Assembly (NCBI GenBank): GCA_012837385.1
Contig: DURH01000020.1
Coordinates: 65,972-129,971 of the forward strand
DNA: 64,000 bases
Source: Bacillota bacterium
GTDB taxonomy: Bacteria; Bacillota; Limnochordia; Darwinibacteriales; Darwinibacteriaceae
Direction of reading: 5' to 3'
The translations under genes and the position numbers were made by a program. Shown one piece after another: positions 28,441-39,250 of this stretch. How positions within the stretch are numbered: position 1 is the first letter of the stretch; every line of letters starts with the position of its first letter. The notes beneath the pieces were generated by a model. That model did not search any database. It had not been told where the DNA came from and saw only the letters and a list, made by a program, of their open reading frames with translations.

Positions 28441-29334
28441 GTGACGCAGATTGTACAGTGTGTACCCAATATCAGTGAAGGCCGCCGCCTGGACGTGGTG
28501 GAAAAGGTGGTGGATCAGATTCGCCAGACAAGCGGGGTAAAGCTGCTCGATTACTCCTCAGATTACGACCACAACCGCTCTGTACTCACTTTCGTCGGCG
28601 ATCTGGCTGCGGTGACAGAGGCTGCCTTCCGTTTGAGTAAGCAAGCCGTGCAGCTGATTAATATGGAGGAACACCAGGGAGCCCATCCCCGCATCGGTGC
28701 TGTGGATGTGATTCCCCTCATTCCCATTGAAGGTGTCACCATGGCCGAATGCGTTCAGGCAGCTGTCAGCTTGGCGCAGAGGATCACAGAAGAGCTTGAG
28801 GTTCCCACCTACCTCTATGGGGAAGCGGCAGCCACACCTTCCCGCAGGAACTTAAGCAATATCCGCAAGGGGCAGTATGAGGGTCTGAAAGCCTCAATCG
28901 AGCAGGAGGACCGGCATCCCGATTTCGGCCAGCCCAGGCTGCATCCCACGGCTGGGGCAACTGTGGTTGGCGCCCGCCTGCCCCTGATCGCCTTTAACGT
29001 CAATTTGGGCACCAACAAAAAAGAGGTGGCCGACCACATCGCCAGGGCGGTTCGGGAGCGCAACGGGGGTTTTCGCAATGTGAAAGCCATGGGGGTTGTG
29101 CTAGAAGAGAGAAACCAGGTACAGGTGTCCATGAACCTGGAGAACTACCAAGCCACACCTATCCATCGAGTCTTGGAGGCCATTCGTAGGGAAGCGGCAC
29201 GCTTTGGCGTCCCTGTGGTGGGCACAGAGATCGTGGGTTTAGTTCCCCAGCAGGCGCTCCTTGATGTGGCAGAGTGGTATCTGCAGTTGGAGAGCTTTGC
29301 ATCCAACCAGGTGTTGGAAAACCGTTTGCGTTAG
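28441..29334 (+). CDS. ftcD: Glutamate formimidoyltransferase (formiminotransferase domain)
   Basis: N-terminus MTQIVQCVPNISEGRR, typical of the formiminotransferase N-subdomain; about 297 aa. Confidence 0.85.
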   Translation: MTQIVQCVPNISEGRRLDVVEKVVDQIRQTSGVKLLDYSSDYDHNRSVLTFVGDLAAVTEAAFRLSKQAVQLINMEEHQGAHPRIGAVDVIPLIPIEGVTMAECVQAAVSLAQRITEELEVPTYLYGEAAATPSRRNLSNIRKGQYEGLKASIEQEDRHPDFGQPRLHPTAGATVVGARLPLIAFNVNLGTNKKEVADHIARAVRERNGGFRNVKAMGVVLEERNQVQVSMNLENYQATPIHRVLEAIRREAARFGVPVVGTEIVGLVPQQALLDVAEWYLQLESFASNQVLENRLR

Positions 29335-29345
29335 GGGGAGTCAGG

Positions 29346-30608
29346 GTGGCGAGAACGGAGATTGACCTGTTAATCAAGGGAGGACAAGTAGTAACTGCTT
29401 TGAGCGGCAGTGCCCCTGTTCGGGGCGGAGACATGCAAAAGCTGGAGATCATTGAAGAGGGCTGGGTGGCTTGTGCTGCTGGCCAGATCACCGCTGTGGG
29501 TCCTGCCGAAGAGGTTCGGGAGCAAGTAGAGTTAACAAATGAGACCATGGTGATAGGTGCAGCTGGTAAGGTGATCACACCGGGGCTGATCGATCCCCAT
29601 ACCCACTTGGTGTTTGGCGGGAGCAGGGAGGATGAGTTCTATCTCAGGGCCCGTGGCGCTGATTACATGGAGATTATGGAGGCCGGGGGAGGAATCCTCA
29701 GCTCAGTTCGGGCAACCAGGGCTGCTTCCCTGGAAGAGTTGGTATCAGCGGGGACAGATCGGCTGCGCTGGATGCTGGAGCAGGGTGTAACCACCGTGGA
29801 GTGTAAGAGCGGTTACGGCCTGGATTTGGACACGGAGCTGAAACAGCTGGAGGCAGTGCGCATCCTTAAAGACGCACAGCCAGTGGAGTTGGTTTCCACT
29901 TATCTTGGGGCCCATGCCTGGCCACCTGAATACGCTGAAGACAGGGATGGCTATGTTGACTTTGTAATCAATACAGTGCTTCCCAAGATCAGGGAAGAGG
30001 GTCTGGCGGAGTTTGTGGATGTGTTTACGGAGAAAGGCGTTTTCTCGGTGGAGCAGAGCCGCCGCATTTTCAACAAGGCTAAGGAGCTAGGATTTGCCCT
30101 GAGGGTGCATGCTGATGAGATGCATACCTTGGGGGGTGCAGAATTAGCTGCGGAGCTGGGCATGGCCAGTGCCGACCATCTGCTCATGGTTTCTGAGGAG
30201 GGGATCCAGGCTCTAGCTGAGAGCGGTGTTATACCCATCCTCCTTCCCGGTACAGCTTTCAGTTTGCGTAAGCCCTACGCACCGGCCCGCAAAATGCTGG
30301 ATGCCGGGCTTCCCCTGGCTCTGGCCACAGATTTTAACCCAGGTTCCTGTCCCATAACCAGTCTGGCCTTGGTTATGTCCCTGGCCTGCCTGTACATGGC
30401 CATGACCCCTGAAGAAGTGCTTAACGCCGTCACGATCAATGCCGCTTATTCTCTCGGCAGATCAGAGCGTATAGGGAGCCTGGAAGCGGGGAAACAGGCA
30501 GACATCGTTATTTTCCAAGTAGATGATTACAGGAAGATTCCTTATTACATCGGCACGAACCTCGTGGAAACAGTGATCAAAACCGGAAAAGTGGTAGTAA
30601 GCAGGTAG
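29346..30608 (+). CDS. hutI: Imidazolonepropionase; GTG start
   Basis: Amidohydrolase metal site GLIDPHTHLVFGGSR. GTG 29346 has RBS GGGGGAG; the longer ORF-track start at 29274 overlaps ftcD by 60 nt. Confidence 0.85.
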   Translation: MARTEIDLLIKGGQVVTALSGSAPVRGGDMQKLEIIEEGWVACAAGQITAVGPAEEVREQVELTNETMVIGAAGKVITPGLIDPHTHLVFGGSREDEFYLRARGADYMEIMEAGGGILSSVRATRAASLEELVSAGTDRLRWMLEQGVTTVECKSGYGLDLDTELKQLEAVRILKDAQPVELVSTYLGAHAWPPEYAEDRDGYVDFVINTVLPKIREEGLAEFVDVFTEKGVFSVEQSRRIFNKAKELGFALRVHADEMHTLGGAELAAELGMASADHLLMVSEEGIQALAESGVIPILLPGTAFSLRKPYAPARKMLDAGLPLALATDFNPGSCPITSLALVMSLACLYMAMTPEEVLNAVTINAAYSLGRSERIGSLEAGKQADIVIFQVDDYRKIPYYIGTNLVETVIKTGKVVVSR

Positions 30609-30627
30609 AAAAGAAAAGGGTGGTAGT

Positions 30628-31227
30628 TTGCTCACGGAACAGAAGATCAGAGAGTTTGCCACAGGGCTGGGCTCTGCAGATCCCGCTCCAGGAGGGGGAA
30701 GTGCCTCTGCCTTGGCGGGGGCGTTAGCTGGTTCTTTGGTTCAGATGGTCGCTCGGTTGAGCGGTGAAGGCTGGGATGATGTGATAGCCAGGGCCGAGAC
30801 CTTGACTGACCAGCTGCTGCACCTAGTAAATAGAGATACAGAGGCTTTCAACCAGGTGATGGCTGCTCTGCAGATGCCAAAAGAGACGGAGGAGGAAAAG
30901 CAGCAGCGGCGCCGAGCATTACGCTTGGCTACTCGTTTGGCCACAGAGGTACCGCTGCAGGTTATGGAAGTATCCCTGCAGGCTTTGGCTTTAGCCCGGG
31001 AAGTGGCGCTGCAGGGCAACAAGAACTGTTTGAGCGATGCTGGAGTGGCTGGATTGCTGGCCGCCGCAGCGTGCCGAGGAGCGTCCTATAATGTGCTCAT
31101 CAATCTTCCTGGACTGAAGGGCGATGACCTTGCAGCGGAGGCCAAAGAAAGGCTGCAGGATATGCTCGCAGATGTGGAAGTTTTAGAGAGCGCGGTAGCC
31201 CATCACGTTACCGAAGCTTTAGGGTAG
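30628..31227 (+). CDS. fchA: Formimidoyltetrahydrofolate cyclodeaminase / methenyl-THF cyclohydrolase-like protein (FTCD C-domain family); TTG start
   Basis: Motif DPAPGGGSASALAGALAGSL; RBS GGGTGG. Confidence 0.8.
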   Translation: MLTEQKIREFATGLGSADPAPGGGSASALAGALAGSLVQMVARLSGEGWDDVIARAETLTDQLLHLVNRDTEAFNQVMAALQMPKETEEEKQQRRRALRLATRLATEVPLQVMEVSLQALALAREVALQGNKNCLSDAGVAGLLAAAACRGASYNVLINLPGLKGDDLAAEAKERLQDMLADVEVLESAVAHHVTEALG

Positions 31228-31228
31228 A

Positions 31229-31536
31229 TTCTTGACAGCTGGGCTTGAATTGTGGTAGAATTTTGACCAACATAGATCGGGCTGTGAAGGAGCTAGTAGC
31301 CGACCATGGGTACTCAGAGAGCAGGCTGGGTGGTGCGAAGCCTGTAGAACATGGTAGCAGGGCAGGAGCGCTGCTGGGCGAATTACACTCTGGAGCTTGG
31401 GCAGGAGACTGTCCCGGATGCCATCCGTTAGCATGGCTGCAAGGCACGTCTTTGGCGTGCGAAGTAAGGTGGTACCACGGGTTCTCTCGTCCTTAGGGAT
31501 CGAGGGAACTTTTGCATTAATGGAGGAGGAATTCCC
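31229..31536 (+). promoter_or_regulatory. Promoter plus tyrosine-specific T-box riboswitch leader of tyrS
   Basis: Promoter cTTGACA, 18 nt, TAGAAT at 31230-31259. Specifier-like region gggUACucagag carries the Tyr codon UAC. Conserved T-box sequence gaaGUAAGGUGGUACCACGG at about 31461-31480, followed by an imperfect terminator helix and TTTT. Confidence 0.75.
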
Positions 31537-32763
31537 ATGAGGAACGTATTGGATGTGCTGGAAGAACGAGGTTTTGTGGAACAGATCACCCATCGCGAAG
31601 AGCTGAGGGAGCTGTTGGCCAAAGAATCGGTCACTTTCTATGTGGGCTTCGATGCCACTGCCCCCAGCCTGACCCTGGGGCACTTGATTCCAGTCATGAG
31701 TATGCTGCACCTATACAGGGCTGGCCATCGCCCCATTTTCGTTATGGGTGGTGGAACAACCATGATCGGTGATCCGTCGGGCAAATCGGAGATGAGGCAG
31801 ATGCTCGCCGCCGAGACCATTGCCCAGAATATTAAGTGTTTTCACAGCCAGTTCTCGCGCTTTGTCAACTTTGAGGACGGATCAGCCATCATGGTGAACA
31901 ACGCGGAGTGGCTGCTTGATCTCAATTTCATGGAGTTCATGCGGGAGATCGGGAGGCACTTTTCGGTAAACCGCATGCTGTCTATGGAGGCGTACAAATC
32001 ACGCTTGGATACGGGCCTCACCTTCTTGGAGTTCAGCTATCTGCTTACCCAGTCCTATGACTTCCTGGAGCTGTTCCGCCGTTACAACTGCCGGCTGCAG
32101 ATCGGCGGCAATGATCAGTGGTCGAACATCATCGGCGGCTGTGAGCTGGTGCGTAAGGTAGAGGGCGCAGAGGCTTACGGCCTCACTCTGAAGCTGCTTA
32201 CCACCAATGCAGGGACCAAGATGGGCAAGACGGAGAAGGGTACGGTGTGGCTTGATGCCGAGCGGACCAGTCCCTATGATTTCTATCAATACCTGCGCAA
32301 CATTGATGACGCCTATGTGGAGAGCACCCTGGGCCTGCTCACCTTCTTACCTATGGAAGAGGTACGCCGTTTGGGTTCGCTGCAGGGATCTGAGATCAAC
32401 CAGGCCAAGGAGGTTTTGGCCTTCGAAGTAACCAAGTTTGTCCATGGGGAAGAGGAGGCAGTGAAAGCTCAGGAAGCTGCCAAGGCAGTGTTTGGAGGAG
32501 GCGGCACCCATGACAGCATGCCTTCCACTACCCTATCCCAAGCCCTTTTCCAAGCAGGGATGGATATTCTCACCCTGCTCACCGAACTCAAGCTCGCGTC
32601 CAGCCGCAGTGAGGCACGGCGCTTGGTCACTCAGGGTGGAATCACCCTAGGCGAAGAACGGGTGGAGGATATTGAGAGAACGGTAACCCTGGAAGACTTC
32701 ACCGAGAACGAGCTCATTGTACGCAAGGGCAAGAAAGTTTACCATCGGGTTATAATAGAGTAA
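31537..32763 (+). CDS. tyrS: Tyrosine--tRNA ligase
   Basis: HIGH-like PSLTLGHL, KMGKT (KMSKS), C-terminal S4 domain; RBS GGAGGAGG. Confidence 0.9.
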   Translation: MRNVLDVLEERGFVEQITHREELRELLAKESVTFYVGFDATAPSLTLGHLIPVMSMLHLYRAGHRPIFVMGGGTTMIGDPSGKSEMRQMLAAETIAQNIKCFHSQFSRFVNFEDGSAIMVNNAEWLLDLNFMEFMREIGRHFSVNRMLSMEAYKSRLDTGLTFLEFSYLLTQSYDFLELFRRYNCRLQIGGNDQWSNIIGGCELVRKVEGAEAYGLTLKLLTTNAGTKMGKTEKGTVWLDAERTSPYDFYQYLRNIDDAYVESTLGLLTFLPMEEVRRLGSLQGSEINQAKEVLAFEVTKFVHGEEEAVKAQEAAKAVFGGGGTHDSMPSTTLSQALFQAGMDILTLLTELKLASSRSEARRLVTQGGITLGEERVEDIERTVTLEDFTENELIVRKGKKVYHRVIIE

Positions 32764-32776
32764 AAGGCTGGGGAAA

Positions 32777-32799
32777 AGCTGGGGAAACCCAGCTTTTTT
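32777..32799 (+). terminator. Intrinsic terminator after tyrS
   Basis: agctggg gaaa cccagct then TTTTTT. Confidence 0.7.
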
Positions 32800-32800
32800 C

Positions 32801-32829
32801 TTGACTCGGAAATAGTTCTCCTCTAGAAT
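32801..32829 (+). promoter_or_regulatory. Sigma-A-type promoter for the marR-ABC exporter operon (TTGACT, 17 nt, TAGAAT)
   Basis: Read directly; it starts immediately after the terminator T-tract. Confidence 0.5.
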
Positions 32830-32874
32830 AGTTTATGTTGCTAATTATTCAGGAGTCAAACGATCGGAGTGAAC

Positions 32875-33357
32875 ATGTTGCCGCAGGGAGACCTTGTGCT
32901 GGACTTTATCGAAACCATGGAAAGCCTGAAACTTTACAGACGCTCCATTTTCCGCTGTGTGGCGCCGATTAGGGGCAATGCCATGAGGCTGCTGATGTTT
33001 CTGCACTACCATGCGCCAAGAGACTGCCCTGGCATTCAACCCTCGGAGTTAGGGGAGATGCTGAGACTGACCCGCCCGACCATCACTTCCCTGGTCAACG
33101 ACTTGGAAGGGCAGGGCCTGGTGGAACGCATCAGCGATGACGAAGACCGCAGGGCGGTCTACGTAAGGCCCACCTCTCAGGGGGTGGAGCTGGTACATGA
33201 GGCTCGAGCAGAGTTTTCCCGAGGCATCAGCGAGATGATGGAATACCTGGGAGAGGCCGATGGACATGAGCTCATGCGTATTCTACGCAGGGTTCGCCAG
33301 TTCTTGCAGGACAAGGAGAACGAGCAGGAAAGGAACCAAGCACCATGTGGAAATTAA
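32875..33357 (+). CDS. MarR-family transcriptional regulator
   Basis: Winged-helix region SELGEMLRLTRPTITSLVNDLEGQGLVERISDDEDRRAVYVRPT; RBS GGAGTG. Confidence 0.8.
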   Translation: MLPQGDLVLDFIETMESLKLYRRSIFRCVAPIRGNAMRLLMFLHYHAPRDCPGIQPSELGEMLRLTRPTITSLVNDLEGQGLVERISDDEDRRAVYVRPTSQGVELVHEARAEFSRGISEMMEYLGEADGHELMRILRRVRQFLQDKENEQERNQAPCGN

Positions 33358-35069
33358 AGCACTATATCAAACCCTACTTGCTCACTTTAGTTGTGGTCTC
33401 GGGGTTAGTATTTCTGGAAGTAATGTCCACCTTAAGACTTCCTGATCTTATGAGCCGCATTGTGGATGAAGGGATCGCCCTGGGCAATGTGGGCTTAATC
33501 TGGAGAGTCGGAGCCGTGATGCTGCTTGTGGCTTCAGCGGGAGTGGCATGCTCTATAGCAGGAAGTTACCTCGCGTCCAGGGCATCAAGCGGTTTCGGGC
33601 GGGATCTGCGTTTCGCCGTCTTCAGCAGGGTTGGCCAGTTCTCCCCACGGGAGTTCGGCCAGTTTGGGACGGCGTCCCTGATCACCAGGACGACCAATGA
33701 CGTACAGCAGATTCAGCAGATGTTCCATATGAGCATGCGCATGGCTCTGCGGGCCCCTCTCATGGCAGTTGGCGGCGTTCTGATGGTGGTGAGGAAGGAT
33801 GCCCAGCTGGCAGTGATTCTCCTGGCCTTAATTCCGGTTATGGCTGCCATCATAGGTTTTGTTGTGCTAAAAGGGGTGCCTCTGTTTAAGGGTCTCCAGA
33901 CCAGGCTGGACCGCCTCAGTTTGGTGCTGAGAGAACAGCTGATGGGGGTTCGCGTTATTAGGGCTTTCAATAAAGGTCGGGATGAACAGGAGCGTTTTCA
34001 AAAGGCCAATCGCGATCTCACTGAAGCCACCCTGCGGGTGAGCCGCATGATGATCACCTTAATGCCCCTTTTGGGCTTGTTGATCAACTTCACCAACATC
34101 GTAATCATCTGGTTTGCTGCGCAGCGCATCGATGCTGGAGTTATGCAGGTGGGCAACCTTATGGCATTTCTGCAGTACACCATGCAGATTTTCATGGCGG
34201 TGATGATGCTGTCCATGATCTTTATGCAGCTGCCGAGAGCCTCTGCTTCAGCTGAACGCATAGTGGAAGTGCTGCATACCGAGCCGGTGATCAAAGACCC
34301 AGAGACGCCCAGTACTCTACACTCTGATCGAGGAGTAGTGCAGTTTGAGGACGTGACCTTTTCCTATCCTGGGGCAGCTCAGCCCGTTCTGAGCGGGATC
34401 AGCTTTACTGCCCGCCCTGGGGAGACCACAGCTATCATAGGCGGAACCGGTTCCGGTAAGTCGACCATCCTAGAGCTGTTGCTCCGTTTCCATGACCCCG
34501 ATTCAGGCAGGATTACTTTGGACGGTGTGGATATCAGGCATCTGTCCCAAAGATACCTGCGGTCCCGTTTGGGCTATGTTCCTCAACAGGCCGTGCTGTT
34601 TTCAGGGACCATAGCGTCGAACATCAGGAGCGGCAAAGGGGACGCTGCCGACGAGGAAGTGGAAGAGGCCGCTCGGGTTGCTCAAGCTCTGGGCTTCATC
34701 AAAGAACGGGACGGCGGATTTGATGCGGAGGTAGCCCAAGGGGGAACCAATCTTTCAGGGGGGCAGAAGCAGAGGCTTTCCATTGCCCGAGCCTTGGTAC
34801 GTAAGCCCAAGGTCTATCTGCTGGACGACACCTTTTCCGCCTTGGATTACAAAACAGATGCTAATCTGCGCAGGGAATTGGCCCAGGCTGCCCAAGACGC
34901 CGCGGTAATCGTGGTGGCGCAGCGGGTGAGCACCATTCTCCATGCCGAGCAAATTCTGGTCTTGGATGCAGGCAGGATTGTGGGCCAGGGTACTCATGGG
35001 GAACTGCTGAGAAGCTGCCGAGTCTACCAAGAGATTGTGGCGTCTCAGTTCGGAGAGGAGGCAGTGTAA
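33345..35069 (+). CDS. ABC exporter, fused TMD-NBD half transporter (heterodimer partner 1)
   Basis: Six TM helices; Walker A GGTGSGKST; signature LSGGQKQR; Walker B LLDDTFSALD; overlaps marR by 13 nt. Confidence 0.9.
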   Translation: MWKLKHYIKPYLLTLVVVSGLVFLEVMSTLRLPDLMSRIVDEGIALGNVGLIWRVGAVMLLVASAGVACSIAGSYLASRASSGFGRDLRFAVFSRVGQFSPREFGQFGTASLITRTTNDVQQIQQMFHMSMRMALRAPLMAVGGVLMVVRKDAQLAVILLALIPVMAAIIGFVVLKGVPLFKGLQTRLDRLSLVLREQLMGVRVIRAFNKGRDEQERFQKANRDLTEATLRVSRMMITLMPLLGLLINFTNIVIIWFAAQRIDAGVMQVGNLMAFLQYTMQIFMAVMMLSMIFMQLPRASASAERIVEVLHTEPVIKDPETPSTLHSDRGVVQFEDVTFSYPGAAQPVLSGISFTARPGETTAIIGGTGSGKSTILELLLRFHDPDSGRITLDGVDIRHLSQRYLRSRLGYVPQQAVLFSGTIASNIRSGKGDAADEEVEEAARVAQALGFIKERDGGFDAEVAQGGTNLSGGQKQRLSIARALVRKPKVYLLDDTFSALDYKTDANLRRELAQAAQDAAVIVVAQRVSTILHAEQILVLDAGRIVGQGTHGELLRSCRVYQEIVASQFGEEAV

Positions 35070-36928
35070 TGAGCCGACAGATGAGTGGCAGAGGCGGCCG
35101 AGGCAGAGGGGGCGGCTTCGGACCCCGGGGGATTGGCAGGCCAGTGGAAAAGCCCAAAGACTTCAAGGGTACAGTGAAGCGGTTGGCTGGCTATCTCCGC
35201 CCCTACAGATGGAGACTTCTCCTGGTGTTGATTGCCACCATATTGAGCAATGTCTTTTCCATCCTCAGCCCTCGCATTATGGGCCAGGCCACAACTACCC
35301 TCTTTGATGGGATGATGAACCGGTTGCAGGGCACGGGGCTGGGCGTGGATTTCGCAGCCATCGGGCGCATTTTGATAATGCTGGGGTCGGTTTATGCTTT
35401 CAGCACCATCTTCAGCTACATCCAGCAGATGGTGATGGTGGGTGTAACCCAGCGAACAGTGTTTCAGCTGAGGGAAGATATCAGCTCAAAGCTGGCCAAA
35501 CTTCCCCTGAAGTTTTATGATTCCACCGCCCACGGCGACACTCTAAGCCGAGTGACCAATGACGTGGACACGGTGAGCCAGTCCTTGCAGCAGAGTGTTA
35601 TTCAGATGATCACATCGCTGATCAGTATTATCGGCGTTACCGCCATGATGCTCAGTATCAGCCCTGTGCTCACGCTGCTTACCATGGGCATGCTGCCCTT
35701 GAGCGTGCTGATCAGCACTTTGATAGCGGGCCGGTCCCAGAAGTACTTCATGCGGCAGCAAAACATCCTAGGTGACCTCAATGGGCATGTGGAAGAAGTA
35801 TTTACAGGACACCGGATTGTCAAGGCCTATGGTTTGGAGCAGGACGTGCGGGATAGATTCCGCCAGGTCAACGATGAACTCTATGACAACGGCTGGAAAG
35901 CTCAGTTTGTTTCAGGAACCATCATGCCCTTAATTAGATTTGTGGGCAATTTGGGTTATGTGGTTATTGCGGTAGTAGGGGGTCTCTATGCCGCCAGGGG
36001 AGCAATCACCATCGGCAATGTGCAGGCCTTCATGCAGTATTCCAGGCAGTTTGGTATGCCCATCACCGAACTGGCCAGCATAGCGAATATGCTCCAGTCC
36101 ACAGTGGCCGCCGCCGAGCGGGTGTTTGAGCTGCTGGATGAAGAGGAAGAACCGGCTGATCACCCCCAAGCCCTCACCCTCAGCGAGCCGCAGGGCGAGA
36201 TCAAGTTGAGCAATGTCAGCTTTGGCTATGAGCCAGGCAGCCCGGTGATCAAGAACCTCAATTTGGATGTCAGGCCAGGACAGCTTGTGGCTATTGTGGG
36301 GCCTACAGGTGCAGGGAAAACGACTCTAGTCAACCTACTCATGCGCTTCTATGATGTGAACTCAGGAGTCATTTCGTTTGATGGGCACAATATTCTAGAG
36401 ATCAAGCGAGGGCATCTTCGCACCTTGTTTGGCATGGTGCTGCAGGATACCTGGCTCTTTGAGGGCACTATCAGGGAAAACATTGCCTACGGTAGGCCGG
36501 GGGCGACGGATCAGGAAATCGAAGAGGCGGCTAAAGCAGCCCATGTGGATCATTTTATCCGCACTTTGCCCCAAGGATATGATACTATCTTAAGGGGCGA
36601 TGCGTCAGAGATCTCCCAAGGGCAGAAGCAACTGCTCACCATCGCCCGGGCGATTCTGGCAGATCCAGTTGTGTTGGTGCTGGATGAGGCCACCAGTTCT
36701 GTAGATACGCGCACAGAACGTTTGATTCAAAGCGCCATGGCTCGACTGATGGAAGGGCGTACGAGCTTTGTCATCGCCCATAGGCTGTCCACTATCCTCG
36801 ATGCAGATCGCATTCTGGTGATCAACGAAGGCGAGATTGTGGAGCAGGGAACCCATGAAGAGCTCATGGCCAAGGGTGGTTTCTATGCTGAGCTGTACAA
36901 CAGTCAATTCACAGCAGCGACAGCTTAA
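35069..36928 (+). CDS. ABC exporter, fused TMD-NBD half transporter (heterodimer partner 2) with a Gly/Arg-rich N-terminal tail
   Basis: TAATG overlap with the upstream gene; Walker A GPTGAGKTT; signature ISQGQKQL; N-terminus MSRQMSGRGGRGRGGGFGPRG. Confidence 0.9.
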   Translation: MSRQMSGRGGRGRGGGFGPRGIGRPVEKPKDFKGTVKRLAGYLRPYRWRLLLVLIATILSNVFSILSPRIMGQATTTLFDGMMNRLQGTGLGVDFAAIGRILIMLGSVYAFSTIFSYIQQMVMVGVTQRTVFQLREDISSKLAKLPLKFYDSTAHGDTLSRVTNDVDTVSQSLQQSVIQMITSLISIIGVTAMMLSISPVLTLLTMGMLPLSVLISTLIAGRSQKYFMRQQNILGDLNGHVEEVFTGHRIVKAYGLEQDVRDRFRQVNDELYDNGWKAQFVSGTIMPLIRFVGNLGYVVIAVVGGLYAARGAITIGNVQAFMQYSRQFGMPITELASIANMLQSTVAAAERVFELLDEEEEPADHPQALTLSEPQGEIKLSNVSFGYEPGSPVIKNLNLDVRPGQLVAIVGPTGAGKTTLVNLLMRFYDVNSGVISFDGHNILEIKRGHLRTLFGMVLQDTWLFEGTIRENIAYGRPGATDQEIEEAAKAAHVDHFIRTLPQGYDTILRGDASEISQGQKQLLTIARAILADPVVLVLDEATSSVDTRTERLIQSAMARLMEGRTSFVIAHRLSTILDADRILVINEGEIVEQGTHEELMAKGGFYAELYNSQFTAATA

Positions 36929-36941
36929 GGAAGGTGTGTAA

Positions 36942-38009
<1,068 letters not shown>

Positions 38010-38020
38010 GAGGAAGCCAA

Positions 38021-38302
38021 ATGCTGGTGGGAACCTTACAGGTGGAAGTACACATTCCAGGGGCGACGTCCCTGAAAGAGAAGAGGAAGGTCGTCCGCAG
38101 CATGATCCAAAAAGTCCAGCACCGCTTTAACGTGTCAATTGCCGAACTGGATGGAACGGATCTCTGGCAGAGAGCCACCATCGGCGTAGCCATGGTTGGT
38201 GGCAGTAGAGAGTATGTGGAACGGCAGCTGCAGTATGTTTTGAACTATCTGGAGGCCGAACCACGCTGGAACATTACCGAAGTGGAAATGGACTGGTGTT
38301 GA
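38021..38302 (+). CDS. DUF503-family small protein
   Basis: MLVGTLQVEVHIPGATSLKEKR... matches the DUF503 (YlxP-like) pattern; RBS AGGAGGAAG; about 93 aa. Confidence 0.65.
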   Translation: MLVGTLQVEVHIPGATSLKEKRKVVRSMIQKVQHRFNVSIAELDGTDLWQRATIGVAMVGGSREYVERQLQYVLNYLEAEPRWNITEVEMDWC

Positions 38303-38351
38303 GAGGTTTTTTCCCCTTGTTGGGGAATGGTACATGGATGGAGGGTGAGTT

Positions 38352-39200
38352 ATGCAGGAGAAAATCGCGATCGTGACGGACAGCACCAGCGACATTCCAC
38401 GGGAGATTGTGGAACAGTATGACATTCGGGTGATTCCCCTAAGGATTCTATATCAGGATAGGGAATACCGAGACCAAATAGACATCACGGCAGACGAAGT
38501 ATATAGGAGGCTGGAACAGGAAGTTCCCACAACCTCCCTACCAGCGCCAGGAGATGTGCTGGCTTTGTTTGAACAGCTGAAATCGGAAGGGTTTACCCAT
38601 GTCCTAGCTATACACATCTCTTCCGGCCTAAGTGGTACAGCCCAGCTCATCAGTCACCTGGCAGGCCAGGTGGAAGACATGGTGATCAGGGTAGTAGACT
38701 CCAGGAGCATCTCTATGGGGTTGGGCTATACTGTAATTGAAGCGGCCCGTAAGTTGACTCATAATGTCGGCTTTGAGGCCCTATGCACTCATGTGCAGGC
38801 GGTTCTCAGCAGAATGAAGGTTTATTTCGTTCTGGAGACCCTTGAGTACCTTAAGAAAGGGGGAAGAATTGGCAGAGTCGCGGGTACACTGGGCCAAATC
38901 CTTAATCTAAAGCCCATAATCACCGTGAATGAGGATGGTGTTTATACCACATACGCTAAGGTGAGAGGCCGCAAACAGTCCCTAGAGCGTCTTATGGAAG
39001 TGGCCAAGGAGCATTTAGCCAAGCCCATGAGCAATGTGGCCGTGTGCCACGGAGCAGCTCTTGAGGAAGCGCGTGATTTTGTGCAGCGCATCAAGAATCT
39101 GGGCAATGTAGGAGAAGTGCTGATGGGACATGTGAGCCCCGTTATTGGGGTGCATACAGGGCCAGGAACTTTGGGGTTTGTGGTATATCAGACAGACTAA
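38352..39200 (+). CDS. DegV-family fatty-acid-binding protein
   Basis: N-terminus [12 protein letters not shown]; about 282 aa with a DegV fold pattern; RBS GGAGGGTGAG. Confidence 0.85.
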   Translation: MQEKIAIVTDSTSDIPREIVEQYDIRVIPLRILYQDREYRDQIDITADEVYRRLEQEVPTTSLPAPGDVLALFEQLKSEGFTHVLAIHISSGLSGTAQLISHLAGQVEDMVIRVVDSRSISMGLGYTVIEAARKLTHNVGFEALCTHVQAVLSRMKVYFVLETLEYLKKGGRIGRVAGTLGQILNLKPIITVNEDGVYTTYAKVRGRKQSLERLMEVAKEHLAKPMSNVAVCHGAALEEARDFVQRIKNLGNVGEVLMGHVSPVIGVHTGPGTLGFVVYQTD

Positions 39201-39250
39201 TTGGCAGCCCATGGGAGCTGCCCATGGTTGCAGCAAGGAGGTTCACACAA

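Noticed and set aside
29274-29345. Longer hutI start overlapping ftcD by 60 nt
   Set aside because: GTG 29346 has a GGGGGAG RBS immediately after the ftcD stop; the upstream segment has no RBS and no counterpart in HutI.
39190-39240. Hairpin ccatggg/cccatgg between degV and pckA as a terminator
   Set aside because: It has no T-tract, and the pckA RBS follows directly. It is more likely to be incidental or an RNA processing or stability element.
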